From positions 635-64,634 of the forward strand of contig JALCBR010000012.1 of assembly GCA_028066245.1 (NCBI GenBank): a DNA stretch of 64,000 nucleotides, given 5' to 3'. The notes beneath the pieces are model-generated. The model was not told the DNA's origin. It saw only the letters and a program-made list of their open reading frames with translations, and did not search any database. Source of the DNA: Pirellulales bacterium. Lineage in GTDB: Bacteria > Planctomycetota > Planctomycetia > Pirellulales > S012-138. Shown one piece after another: positions 53,425 through 63,696 of the stretch. The translations under genes were made by a program, and so were the position numbers. Numbering within the stretch: the stretch's first letter is position 1; each line of letters begins with the position of its first letter.

Positions 53425-54768
53425 CTATCGAGTCCTGTCCAAGCTTGTATCCGCGTCTTCGTGGGAAGCCGTTTCGCGTCGGGGCTGCGGTTTTCCCCAG
53501 ACGCGTTGCTGGTAGAGAGCCAGAGCGTGCAGAGCGTGTCCCAAGGGGCCAACTTCCCAATTGCGGTTTGGCGACTGCTCCAGAATTTGCGTCAGGTATT
53601 CCACCGATTCAACGATTTCCGGGTCACGAAGGGTGTCGTCAGAAACGGCGAATGCCAGCCATTCGAGAATGTGGCCCGTCGTGCGCAGGCGCACAGACAA
53701 GTCCGGGTTCATGGCACGGTGTTCCAGGAATGACGTGCTGAAGCTGCCATCGGGGTTGCGAAGTTTGAGCGCGTAGTCGATGTACTCGTTGATATAGGTT
53801 GCGGCTCGCGCAAAATCTCCGGTAAGCTCTAACCCCTGCTGTTTGCGCCTGACCACGGCATAGGTCAGCCCCATTAGTCGATGCGTTCCGCCACAGGTTC
53901 CGCCCTGGATTCGCTGTGAGATTTCCTCACGAACGAGCCGTTCAATGGACCAAGCCTGACCATCGTCAGACTTCCATGTGGTGTCAGACGGAAGATAGTG
54001 GGCAAGCCCGATCAACTTGAAAGTCAGCTCTGTTCTGGCACGGCATGTCCGCTGTTCCGAGCGAATGAGATCTTCGACAGAGAATTCTTGCTCGCCAACT
54101 CGGATCGGATAATCACGCTGCAATTTACTTTGTGCCAGGATGGCCAAGAGTTGTCCTCCGTGTCCCTGCAACCCTCGGCCTTCTTTGCCATACACGGAGT
54201 TGTTGCGAGCAACCAAAAGCCTTTGCCCACGGAACGGTTGATTAAACAGTAACCATCCGATCGCCGACTGATGCACTCCACCGGGACGTCCAACTTCAAT
54301 TTGCGTCTCGACTCCGTAGGCGACGATGCGATGCATCACCTGCCAAGGACTATTCTCACCAGAATTGAGTGGCCGGTTCTCATAGCGATCCAACACGGTC
54401 GCAATGCGTGAGCGAAGTTCTAGCGGCGGCAGAGCCTTCTCAGCCGATTTTTCGACATCGCCGTTTCCTTCGTCAGCATCCGGAGCTCGAATGGGAAGCG
54501 CGCGGGCCGAGGCTTGCCTGGAGGTGCTAGCAACACGCTCACTGCCCCCCTCAATAACTTGGGACAATGGCGCATGCGATGCTGCCCCGTCCGGTGCAAT
54601 CAAACGAAGCGCTGAGCCATCATCAGGTTTGGCATTCTGCGCCTTCACTGCTGACGTGGCGCAAATCACCAAAATCACAAGAAACAAGCCGGCCGCGATG
54701 CAAGATCCGGAAACGCGATGAAACATGGAAGAACCACTCAGAGAACCAAGGGTATTCAGACTAATCAT
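53425..54768 (-). CDS. Hypothetical exported alpha-helical protein, planctomycete type
   Basis: Signal/TM; SPWQVMH, QGHGGQLLAILAQ, ELTFKLIGL, CGGTHRLMGL, TTGHILEWL, GPLGHALHAL. Confidence 0.8.
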   Translation of the reverse strand: MISLNTLGSLSGSSMFHRVSGSCIAAGLFLVILVICATSAVKAQNAKPDDGSALRLIAPDGAASHAPLSQVIEGGSERVASTSRQASARALPIRAPDADEGNGDVEKSAEKALPPLELRSRIATVLDRYENRPLNSGENSPWQVMHRIVAYGVETQIEVGRPGGVHQSAIGWLLFNQPFRGQRLLVARNNSVYGKEGRGLQGHGGQLLAILAQSKLQRDYPIRVGEQEFSVEDLIRSEQRTCRARTELTFKLIGLAHYLPSDTTWKSDDGQAWSIERLVREEISQRIQGGTCGGTHRLMGLTYAVVRRKQQGLELTGDFARAATYINEYIDYALKLRNPDGSFSTSFLEHRAMNPDLSVRLRTTGHILEWLAFAVSDDTLRDPEIVESVEYLTQILEQSPNRNWEVGPLGHALHALALYQQRVWGKPQPRRETASHEDADTSLDRTR

Positions 54769-54968
54769 CGACTTGGCGCAGCCAGAATATTGACGCCATC
54801 CCCTGACTCATCACATCGCCTTGCAAGCGACGATATCACTATCACTTGCCGGCAATCAGCGTGTGACCAAATGCTATCGTGGTATTTTCCACCAGAGCCA
54901 AGCGCGAGAGCGAGTCGCCCATCGCTCGCAAATCGCGCTCATTGTGCCCTGATTGAGTCACTCCTTGC

Positions 54969-55259
54969 TCAAGCGAAAACACGCTGTGGCGGCTGTAGCA
55001 GTCGGGTGGTCAGATATCGCTCTCCGTTGGCCCCGTAAAACAGGACGATGTTTCGCAGCGAGTCCCAAACAGCCGAGAATTTGACTGACCGTGGGCCGTG
55101 CAGGCAAAAGTAGATTCCGATCGGCTGTTGTCGCTGACGCAAAACACGCTCAGTCAACGGAAACGCCCCAATTTCTAGTTGTTCTCTCTCGCAAAGTGTT
55201 TCGGTGATGAAGTTCCGCAGGTCATTGAGATCCTCAAATCGCACGGGACAATTCGTCAT
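54969..55259 (-). CDS. Small hypothetical protein
   Basis: AGGAG RBS; LC....L....FP...L...G.YFCLHGPRSVKFSAVWD...LFY...GER pattern. Confidence 0.8.
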   Translation of the reverse strand: MTNCPVRFEDLNDLRNFITETLCEREQLEIGAFPLTERVLRQRQQPIGIYFCLHGPRSVKFSAVWDSLRNIVLFYGANGERYLTTRLLQPPQRVFA

Positions 55260-55696
55260 CGTATGTGATTCTCCTGTGGGCGCAGACCGCGAACGCCAAT
55301 CATCGATTGCTGCACATCAGGTTTGACGTGCCATGCTGTCCGGGCTTGAGTCGCTTCTTACCTGATCCCGGTGCTGTCACGCGGTCTTTGCGCGTGTGAG
55401 TGGTGTGCTGGTGGGTCAACGTTTTGTTGACAAATACATCCATCGGCAATCCCGGTCTGTGGGATTGGTCCTAGCGGCCGCTCACTTGGGCATTCCAGGT
55501 TGAGAATTGGTCGGCAGGTTGTCAGTCGCGCCAGTCAGGTTGACCTTTCGGGCAGCGAAACACTGCTGTCACACTGTTTGGTTTGCGCTCGTTTCCCATC
55601 TTACAAGATTGCCAACGTTTGCCGGGGATTCGCCACAAAGACAATCATCTTTCCGCCAGCAACATCCGATATTGCGTCTGAGGTTGAGTTTGCCGG

Positions 55697-56755
55697 TTGG
55701 CGAAACATTTCAAGCCTGCAGTGATAGCGGGAATCTCCATGTCCTCTTCTAACAAAGACACGACACAAGAAAAGACGAGCTCCTCGTCCACGAGGAAAAG
55801 TCCTGTGCCTCCGCCCCAAACGCCGCGGGTAGACCAAGCGCATGCCACGCGACCAAATCATGACAGGATCCAAGCAAGCACAACTGCCGACGGTTCCATT
55901 GTCTCACAACAACTCAAGCAGCAAGCACTCGACCTGGAGCAACATCTCCAAAACCGGCAGCGAGAGTTAGACCATCGTGAATCTCAACTCAATGCTCGGC
56001 TGGCGGAATTCGAACGTGAATCGAGGGCTACCAGGCTTGCCCTGCTGGAACGCGAACGACAGCTAGCCGCCGAGCAAACAGCTTTCGCACGCTCAGAGGG
56101 TGTCAAGCCGGACGGATCCTCCAAAGAAACAAAGGCTGCTGGGACTTCGCAGCAGAACAACCACGATTCTCAACTGAAACGCGAGCTGCTGCTCGACCAG
56201 AGAGAGCAATCCGTAACGGAGCGGGAACGAGAGATACGGCGATTGCGGGACGAACTCTTCGCTGCTCGGGAGGAGACTTTGGAAATCCGCCTGGCGACCG
56301 AAGAGCTGTGGCGGCAACTATGCGATGCGTTGCCACCGGACGCTGTTAACCGGTCGGTGGGGCGGATTCGTGAACGGCTGGCGGAGCACTATCGGCTGGT
56401 TCGCGAGGACCTGAATGACTACCGTGGCCAGTTGGAAACGCTGCGATGCGATCTGGACGAAAAACTCGAGCACTGGTCCCGTCGCAAAGGTGAGCTGGCA
56501 AGTTGGGCTCAGCAGAGAATGCTTGAAGTTGATAACTATCACAACGCCGTGTCAGAACGAGCCGCCGCGATTGACCAGCGCCAGTCCGAACTCACCCTGC
56601 TGCAAACCGCATGGCGACAAGATCGACAGGAATTGGAGTCCCGCATCCAGCGGCTGCAGAAACGGCTGGACCAGGCGGCAGGTGCAAACACATCCGCTGT
56701 ACCGGCTCCGCATAGGACGGCAAGCCAAGACCGGGCGGCTGTAAGAAACTCATAG
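55697..56755 (+). CDS. Long coiled-coil hypothetical protein
   Basis: Heptad-rich Glu/Arg/Gln/Leu sequence (RQRELDHRESQLNA; ETLEIRLATEELW). Start may be ATG 55739. Confidence 0.8.
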   Translation: MAKHFKPAVIAGISMSSSNKDTTQEKTSSSSTRKSPVPPPQTPRVDQAHATRPNHDRIQASTTADGSIVSQQLKQQALDLEQHLQNRQRELDHRESQLNARLAEFERESRATRLALLERERQLAAEQTAFARSEGVKPDGSSKETKAAGTSQQNNHDSQLKRELLLDQREQSVTEREREIRRLRDELFAAREETLEIRLATEELWRQLCDALPPDAVNRSVGRIRERLAEHYRLVREDLNDYRGQLETLRCDLDEKLEHWSRRKGELASWAQQRMLEVDNYHNAVSERAAAIDQRQSELTLLQTAWRQDRQELESRIQRLQKRLDQAAGANTSAVPAPHRTASQDRAAVRNS

Positions 56756-57465
56756 CAGCCAGTTGACTCAACCGACTGTGTGAATGCAGGATCAACTCGA
56801 AATCGCGTTTTGAGCATGATCGCGGTGTGGTCGAACCGTTGCTGCACTGGCTCCCCTGTGGCCTGCTGTTGAAAAACTGGTCAGCTCCGCTTTCCACTGT
56901 TTGATATCCTCTAGCGTTCCGCGTCCCACCAAAGTGGAACTGCCCGAGCTCGGACTCCTTTGGCCGCGCCGGAGTGGATGGCCAATGAGGTCGCGCCACA
57001 TCCACGCGAACGTCGAGCCGGCGGCGGAGCGGCGGATTCTTCAGGTGGCGGACCGATCAATACAGCCACGTAGGGCATCCCTTGTTCCGTCTTAAACTCT
57101 TCGACTGCCGCAATCGCGCGGCTCCGCCGGGAGCACTTGGCTCTCGGCGTTCTGCGTTAACCGGATAGTCGGTGAATTTCGCTCACCGAAGAAAAGCTCC
57201 CCGGGCACAACCCTTTTCATAACTCTTCTCTGTTGGCCGAAATCCAGAAGCAGAGTTGAGGCAATGACTTAGCGATTCCGAGTCCGTTTCGGTCCCTGTC
57301 GCGCGAAAGCAACCCTTTACGGAAAATCAGAGCTTGGTTAACAGCGGATGCAATTTAATAGAGAGCGCGAGAATGTTCTCTGTTTGGGAACTGAGAGCGC
57401 GGTCGCATTCTGGATGCGAATCAGAGACGACGAGTGGGCCCTGAAATGATGTCGTGCAGGCCACG

Positions 57466-58905
57466 TTGCGGGGTGCAATAATAGCGCCATCTTCATGATG
57501 ATTCACAACTTGCGCATCTTACCCTAATTCAGCCGTGGCCAACATCTATCGCTCGCTTCTCCTCGTTATCGCAGGCGCTACGCAGAAGGAACTGGCGCGT
57601 CAGATCAAGTATCTCAAGGTTGAGAACGAGATCCTTCGGACAAGGATTCCCGGCAGGGTGTACGTCACACCCAAGGAGCGTCGGAGGCTGGTGAAGTTCG
57701 CAATGGGACTGTCGGCCAAAGCCATCAAACACCTTGTCTCGATCGTTCATCCCGAAACGGTGCTACGTTGGGTCCGCGAGAGCCGCAAAGAATGCAAGCC
57801 TCGTCAGAAAGCCAATCGTGGCCGCAGGCAGACGCCTGAGCAACTGCGACGATTGATCCGCAAGATGGCGAGAGAGAATGATTGGGGCTACACCCGAATC
57901 ATGGGCGAACTCAAGAAGCTGGGCATCAAGCCTCCGTCACGAAACACCGTCAAGAACATCCTGAAGCAATCCGGCTTCGATCCTGGTCCGAAGCGAGGTG
58001 AAGGAACCTGGGACGACTTCTTGAAACGGCACGCACATTCACTGTGGCAGTGTGATTTCCTCAGCCGTCGCGTGGTAACCTGGAAGGGATTTCGCCAAGT
58101 GTTTGTGCTGGCGTTTCTGCATGTGGAAACGCGGCGCGTGATTCTCTCACCGGCGACCTTCAAACATGACGCTGCTTGGGCTGAAGTACAGGCCAACGTT
58201 TTCGTGAATCAGGCCAGGGCCGACGGCTTGCGCGTTGCAAGAATAATGCACGACCGAGACAAGATGTTCTCAATCGCCTTCGATGCAACTTTGAATCGCA
58301 AGCGAGTGAAGATTCTGCGTTCGCCGTTTTGTTCACCAAACATCAACGCCTACGTCGAAAGGTTCGTGCAATCGATCAAGCAGGAGTGCCTGGACCACTT
58401 CATCGTGTTCGGCACGCAGCACATGGATTACCTGTGCGGCCAGTATCTCGAATACTATCACACCGAGCGACCGCATCAGGACAAAGAAAACGAGCTGCTG
58501 CTTCGGCCCGAAAGGGCCTCGCCCGCCGACAGAGATGATGCAGGGCTGCCGATGCTGCGTGAAGTTCGCTGCCGCTCACGGCTTGGCGGTCTGCTGAACT
58601 CGTACTCGCGAAGAGCCGCGTAGAGTCCCGTAAAGCAATGGCCTTTGCCAGTCGGAACTCGCATACGGACGTGCTGCGCACTCTCGGCACAGCAGAGGCG
58701 GGCTCATGCCCTCAATCGCCTGCGGAATCCGCGCTACTGCATGGTGAGCCGCGGCAACTTGCTCCCCTATCCTCAACCAGGCACCCGCGACAACATTTTT
58801 GCACGGGACGGTGCAAAAAGTTCACGCTGCAAGGCAAAACGCCCTGGCAACTTGCTCCCATCAACAGCGACCAAATCTCGCAACAACATTTTTGCACAGG
58901 ACGGT
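57466..58905 (+). mobile_element. IS-like element with integrase-core transposase, plus a 93-bp miniature end duplication
   Basis: Candidate left end GGGGTGCAATAAT near 57470-57482; right-end motif TTTTTGCAC(G/A)GGACGG twice (58790-58812 and 58883-58905). Boundaries are approximate. Confidence 0.65.
57535..58623 (+). CDS. DDE transposase, integrase core (rve) domain with N-terminal HTH
   Basis: YLKVENEILR; WGYTRIMGELKKLG; LWQCDF; MHDRD; PNINAYVERFVQSIKQECLD; YYHTERPHQ; RLGGLL. Confidence 0.92.
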   Translation: MANIYRSLLLVIAGATQKELARQIKYLKVENEILRTRIPGRVYVTPKERRRLVKFAMGLSAKAIKHLVSIVHPETVLRWVRESRKECKPRQKANRGRRQTPEQLRRLIRKMARENDWGYTRIMGELKKLGIKPPSRNTVKNILKQSGFDPGPKRGEGTWDDFLKRHAHSLWQCDFLSRRVVTWKGFRQVFVLAFLHVETRRVILSPATFKHDAAWAEVQANVFVNQARADGLRVARIMHDRDKMFSIAFDATLNRKRVKILRSPFCSPNINAYVERFVQSIKQECLDHFIVFGTQHMDYLCGQYLEYYHTERPHQDKENELLLRPERASPADRDDAGLPMLREVRCRSRLGGLLNSYSRRAA

Positions 58906-59144
58906 CGGCAAATCTCTTCAAGCGTTTGCGGAGATCCGCTGTCCGCGTGAAGCTCGAACGCGCGCCACAAGACTTCACGAAAGACAATGCGCTGCAGTCG
59001 AGTTTCTACCAGGGCGACTTCGTCGTGAATGCTGGGAGGCGAACCGGCACGGAACGCCGCCTCGAACCGATCGCAAACGGAATCCACAAGGCACAAATCG
59101 GCATAGGCCATGGAGTCCAAAACAGAAATTGAATCGCCAGTCAT
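58905..59144 (-). pseudogene. 5' remnant of an ECF-associated Ser/Thr protein kinase, truncated at the IS end
   Basis: VDSVCDRFEAAFRAG...REVL...EL resembles the planctomycete kinase N-terminal domain; the frame then runs into the IS-end repeat and no kinase domain follows. Confidence 0.7.
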
Positions 59145-59183
59145 ACTACCCCTCCACATTTCTTGTGCGTCAATGCCGAGTTT

Positions 59184-59792
59184 CTAATCAGTTGGCCGGG
59201 CGCGCTTCCAAAGCTCCTTGATCCTCTTGAGTTTGTATTCAACGGTTCTGACTGTCTTGCCGATGCACTTGGCAATTTCGGCGTTCGAATGATTTTCAAG
59301 TTTCAACATCGCAACGCGATAGAGTTGATCATGTTTCTTCAACAGTCCAATGAGGTATTTGAACTCATCCGTGACGGCCACAACAAAATCGGGGAGAGGC
59401 TCCGCATCGGCGATGTCCATTGGAGATCCGCCATCCTCTGGAGAATCAAATTCCGAGATGTTGCGGACGCGAAAGGCACCGCGCTTTAGACGGCTATGGT
59501 AGCGAACCGCATTGACAGCTTTACGTTCCGCCAGCACCAATAGAATCTGCCACACATCACTCCGATCGTTCAATTGTGAGAACTTTTGCTGCTCGGCGCC
59601 ACGACAGAAACTCTCAAAAGCTGAGATTGCTATGTCCTCTTCATCCATGATCCCGCGCGAAACGCGGTCACGCAACTTGAGGCGGCATTGTTCTACCAGC
59701 CTTGTGAAAAACCGATTCCAGATCTCTTGAGCGGCGACGCTGTCCCCTTTCGCTAGACCTTCCAGCCAAACTGTAATCGATGATGTCGACAT
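59184..59792 (-). CDS. ECF-type sigma factor, planctomycete kinase-associated type
   Basis: SITVWL...GD..AAQEIWNRFF; DEEDIAISAFESF; LNDRSDVWQIL; region 4 SNAEIA......RTVEYKLKRI. Confidence 0.9.
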   Translation of the reverse strand: MSTSSITVWLEGLAKGDSVAAQEIWNRFFTRLVEQCRLKLRDRVSRGIMDEEDIAISAFESFCRGAEQQKFSQLNDRSDVWQILLVLAERKAVNAVRYHSRLKRGAFRVRNISEFDSPEDGGSPMDIADAEPLPDFVVAVTDEFKYLIGLLKKHDQLYRVAMLKLENHSNAEIAKCIGKTVRTVEYKLKRIKELWKRARPTD

Positions 59793-60006
59793 GAGGTGTG
59801 TTGGGGGGCGGCTAGGCAATGCATAGGATATTCAGACGCTCAAACGCGATTCTGGTTCGCCGTGCAGCGCTGGTCAAATAGAAGCCGCCAATTTTGTCGA
59901 AGGACTCCTATTGCACCGTCAGGTCGCACGATCCGTCCATTTCCTGACCAGACATGATTTCTTGTGCAAACTGCTATGAGGATTGGGGGGCCCTTTGGAC
60001 CTGCTG

Positions 60007-60244
60007 GCAGTTCGGCGTCAGCCAGCAACCGCTTCAGCCGGACGTTCTCTTTCTCGAGTTCCTTAAGACGCTTGGCCTGATCGTTGCGGATGCCACCGTA
60101 TTCTTTGCGCCAACGATAATACGTCTGCTCTGTTACTACCAGCTTCTTGCAGACTCGGCCTACCGTCAGGCCTTTGGACAATTCAACCTCCGCTTCGCGG
60201 AGCTTGGAGATAATCTGATCGATCGTGAATGGCTTTCGTGCCAT
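60007..60244 (-). pseudogene. IS3-family transposase OrfA remnant (no OrfB)
   Basis: MARKPFTIDQIISKLREAE...EQTYYRWRKEYGG...KRLKELEKENVRLKRLLAD; the similarity stops after ADAEL. Confidence 0.85.
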
Positions 60245-60385
60245 GGACGCGGTTAAAGGGCAAGCCACGTCAGCAACAGATAAACTCTTGACAATCTGTA
60301 CACGCAGCAATAGAACGGTAGCGTTTGTCGCGGCGGACGTTCCTATTTGGTTTGACCAACCTCGTGGTAGACGCACTGCGAAAGA

Positions 60386-61318
60386 GTGGGCAGGCTAGTG
60401 GTCTCTGCAAAAGAAAAAACAGCCCCGAGCCAAAGCTGGAGAGGCTTTGGTGTTTTGTGTGCTGCCTTGGGATGCTTTTTGGTGTTGGCGGCGTTTTTGA
60501 AGGGCCAACAGCTCGCGGGCGGCAGCTTTAGAGGGGATTTCCTTTTGGCTTCCCCTTGGCTCCAGGTAGTTTCTATTCAAACAGAAATCTTGCTCGGATG
60601 TTGGCTGCTCTCTGGCATTGCACCACGGGCGTCTTGGATTGCTACCCTGGCGTTTTTTGTTGCAATGAGTTCCATGAGCGCAGTGATTGCGGTTCAAGGG
60701 CAAGCAACTTGCGACTGCCTTGGTGCAATTCCCGTTAGTCCATGGCTGATGACAGTCGTGGATGGTGCCATCGTCTTGTTGCTACTTGTGCTCCGTCCGC
60801 CGCTTCGCGGACCGCTTCGAAAGGCTCGCTGGTCTCGGCAATTTGGAAGGCTGGCGCTAACGTCTGGCGTAATGTTTGTCGCTATCACCAGCGTGTTTCT
60901 AGCGGTAAACCACGATCCACTGCAAGCGTTTGCTCGCATGCGCGGTGAAGCACTGATTGTTTCACCAGCTCTTACGCGAGTTGGTGCAGGGGTGGTTGGT
61001 GAGCAACGAAGCATATCCGTGCGAGTACAGAATATTAGCGACCGAAGCATTACTGTCATATCAGGGGACAGGAGTTGCAACTGTTTGACCCTAGGGAAAC
61101 TGCCACTCCGATTAGCACCGCAGGAATCCTGTGGGCTAGAATTGAGGATGTTTTACAAAGGTGAGCTTGGTGATTTTCAGCACCATGTCAGGTTTTCGAC
61201 GGATGACCCGCTTCATCCTAATTTCGTAGTGTGGTTTTCGGGTGAGGTTGTGGCAGCCGATTCGTTGCAAGCTTGTTTGGCGAACAGCCCACAAAAGGCA
61301 GTTGTCGACGGACGATAG
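60386..61318 (+). CDS. MauE/DoxX-family membrane protein fused to a DUF1573-like Ig-fold domain
   Basis: LAAFLK, EILLGCWLLSG, GQATCDCLGAI (MauE-type CxC); C-terminal VQNISDRSITV...SCNC...LAPQES. Confidence 0.8.
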   Translation: MGRLVVSAKEKTAPSQSWRGFGVLCAALGCFLVLAAFLKGQQLAGGSFRGDFLLASPWLQVVSIQTEILLGCWLLSGIAPRASWIATLAFFVAMSSMSAVIAVQGQATCDCLGAIPVSPWLMTVVDGAIVLLLLVLRPPLRGPLRKARWSRQFGRLALTSGVMFVAITSVFLAVNHDPLQAFARMRGEALIVSPALTRVGAGVVGEQRSISVRVQNISDRSITVISGDRSCNCLTLGKLPLRLAPQESCGLELRMFYKGELGDFQHHVRFSTDDPLHPNFVVWFSGEVVAADSLQACLANSPQKAVVDGR

Positions 61319-61369
61319 TAGTCCATTGATTTGATTGACTGCGAATACGTACTTTGAAAGGAGAATTCA

Positions 61370-61654
61370 ATGCGACAAACTTATCATTCGGCCAGTTTTG
61401 CTTTTGGAAGCCTGGGTATTGCCTTGCTGCTTTGTTGTTTGGTGCTAATGCCGAACACGGCACTAGCAGGGATAGGAGGTGGTGGTGAGGAGTTTGAGGA
61501 AGATCAGTGCCCAACAGCTTTTCGAGGGGGATTTGCAGTCGGTTGTGCCGTTCCACTTACTACGGTGTGCGATTTCGGAGGCGTGCCGAAGAATTGCGTG
61601 ATACTCCCACTGGGCGGTGCCCAATTCGGATGCACATGCCATATGATGCCTTAA
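61370..61654 (+). CDS. Small secreted Cys-rich peptide (six Cys in the predicted mature part)
   Basis: AAGGAG RBS; signal peptide ending ALA; mature GIGGGGEEFEEDQC...C...C...C...CTCHMMP. Confidence 0.8.
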   Translation: MRQTYHSASFAFGSLGIALLLCCLVLMPNTALAGIGGGGEEFEEDQCPTAFRGGFAVGCAVPLTTVCDFGGVPKNCVILPLGGAQFGCTCHMMP

Positions 61655-62126
61655 CCGGTGAGGCTGCCCTCTCGCGTCGCCCAAAAATCCACCTTGAAGG
61701 CTAGGCATAAGTACCAACGTTCAGCAGTTAACTGAATGTGTGATTGCCAATTCGCTCTTTTCTTGAGCGTAAAGTGATAGTCCCAGTAAAGCAGAACCGA
61801 TGGCTACGGCTCTTCGAATGGCAACTGGGCAGCTTGGTGTTGCGTTGTTTCGCTCGTCTTTAGACAGTAGTTCACTTGCCAGAGTCAGTTTGAAAACCGG
61901 TGGTGCAGCATTGCAAACACTGGATTCGCAGAGAAATGATGGTTTCCCTCCGAAGAACAGGTTTTGAAACTGCCTCTAGCGTTTGGTCGGTGTATTGAAA
62001 CTTCGTGCCAGCAATTCTTGGTACGGAGCTTGGACAGCGTCGTGCGCGTGCAGCTACTCATTTCAATTGCAAGGTTCCCTCGTGTGTAGTGCCTGCAAAA
62101 AGAGAGAAAACCAAAGAGCAATCTTG

Positions 62127-63146
62127 GTGAATTGTCTTGCCATTGGCTTAGTATCCCTTTCTTGCTTTCCGGCGAATGCTGTCGCAAGCAAACCCAATGA
62201 TGTACGCGATGAGTTCATTGAACGCTATTCACCTTACGCTCGGTCGTTGAGGGAGTTTTATGGACAATTTGAAGCAACCCTTGTTATGGGTGTTGCACCT
62301 GCTCTGAGTTCCACCGGTTCAACAACAAAGACAGTTGCGGAGGGCCGAGGCTTTCATGAGTCTCACTTGTTTGAGCAGAAGTCGTTCTTACTAAAGCCTG
62401 GCCAGGACCTCGCCGATTCGACGCCCGGCAGGATTCATACTTCCGTCAGAAACTCAAAGTACGGCTTTGAATTAGTTACAGACGCAGAGGGCAATCGAAC
62501 TCCGGAAAATATCATTGTCCATGCAACTGGAGGCCATTCACCTCTTTGTGTTCTGACGGTGCCATATGCCGACACCACACGAGGGATGACGATTTTAGCT
62601 GTCGCGCAAGATCCTAGTACGGAAATCATTTCGCTAAAGCCGATTTCTTGGAATGGCACAAGCCTAGAATGTTTGACGACTCGGCATCGATCAATCAATC
62701 GCCGGACACACAAAGAGGAAGGCGTTACCGTTCGCTACTACCTCGATCCGGGACGTGATTGGATTTGCATGCGCCAAACTATTGAGACCATGGAAGGGGG
62801 CATTCGAGGCTGGATCGAACTTACTTGCAAGTACAACGAAAGCAGCGAAGGATTGCCACCACTGCTGGAAGTTGTGACGTCGATGGGCGATACAAGCGAT
62901 AATCCCGCGACGAACCGAGTACTCGGATCTACAACTGTGACGAGTTTTAGGCACACCGACGACCCAATCACGGAAGGGGAATGTCGACTGATAGCATTCG
63001 GATTTCCTGAACCAGGGGGTGTGAAGTGGGGTGAGCCTGTATCGTGGTGGGTGTGGCTTGGCTATGTCGGTGGCGGTTGTTTGCTGTTGGCGTTTTTCTT
63101 CTTCCTAATGAAGCAGCGGGTCGCATCCAAAGCCGGGACGAACTAG
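62127..63146 (+). CDS. Exported beta-rich protein with C-terminal membrane anchor
   Basis: Signal-like N-terminus; LDPGRDW; C.L.AFGFPEP followed by a TM helix and basic tail. Start uncertain (ORF track gives 61983). Confidence 0.75.
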   Translation: MNCLAIGLVSLSCFPANAVASKPNDVRDEFIERYSPYARSLREFYGQFEATLVMGVAPALSSTGSTTKTVAEGRGFHESHLFEQKSFLLKPGQDLADSTPGRIHTSVRNSKYGFELVTDAEGNRTPENIIVHATGGHSPLCVLTVPYADTTRGMTILAVAQDPSTEIISLKPISWNGTSLECLTTRHRSINRRTHKEEGVTVRYYLDPGRDWICMRQTIETMEGGIRGWIELTCKYNESSEGLPPLLEVVTSMGDTSDNPATNRVLGSTTVTSFRHTDDPITEGECRLIAFGFPEPGGVKWGEPVSWWVWLGYVGGGCLLLAFFFFLMKQRVASKAGTN

Positions 63147-63153
63147 GCTATGT

Positions 63154-63696
63154 TTGAGCGACTATAGCACACACAAAAAAGCGCAGGATTTAGCCCGATT
63201 AAGCTCGCAGAAGAGATTCGCTGACATGGCCAAGGTGCTCACCGTAGTCGGAATCTTGGCTCTTGGGGCTGCTGGATGGGGATATTGCGTAGCTGCTCAG
63301 ACTCGTAGTTCGGTCTTGGAGATCAACGATTCTGCTCTTCAGGCATTGGCTTCAAGGCCCTTACGGCCAGGTGAATATGAGGTCATCGTCTACGTCCGCA
63401 ACATTTCAGCTCAACCACAGCGCGTGCTTAGCGTGACTTCAAGTTGCTTTGATGGTTGCTGCTTTGCAGCTGCGCAACCACTTCCCATTGGCATCCCTGC
63501 CGACTCATCTGTCAGAGTTACGGTCAAAGTTGAGATATCCGCACACTCTGGCGAAGAATTCCACGGTGCACCAAAGCTGTTATTGGATGACAATGGTGTA
63601 ATACGAGAACACCAATTGGCATTCGATGGTCGTATTGCCCTTGACGATCAGGTGCCCAAAGTGCTTACGGAATCAAATGCTCACTCTGTCAAATGA
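63154..63696 (+). CDS. Membrane-anchored DUF1573-like Ig-fold protein with Cys cluster
   Basis: TM helix, then VRNISAQPQRVLSVTSSCFDGCC...PIGIPA. Start may be ATG 63226. Confidence 0.65.
   Translation: MSDYSTHKKAQDLARLSSQKRFADMAKVLTVVGILALGAAGWGYCVAAQTRSSVLEINDSALQALASRPLRPGEYEVIVYVRNISAQPQRVLSVTSSCFDGCCFAAAQPLPIGIPADSSVRVTVKVEISAHSGEEFHGAPKLLLDDNGVIREHQLAFDGRIALDDQVPKVLTESNAHSVK

Noticed and set aside
56760-57460. Small ORFs or a tRNA attachment site at the island's left edge
   Set aside because: No tRNA fold, no direct repeat partner, and no convincing coding signal.
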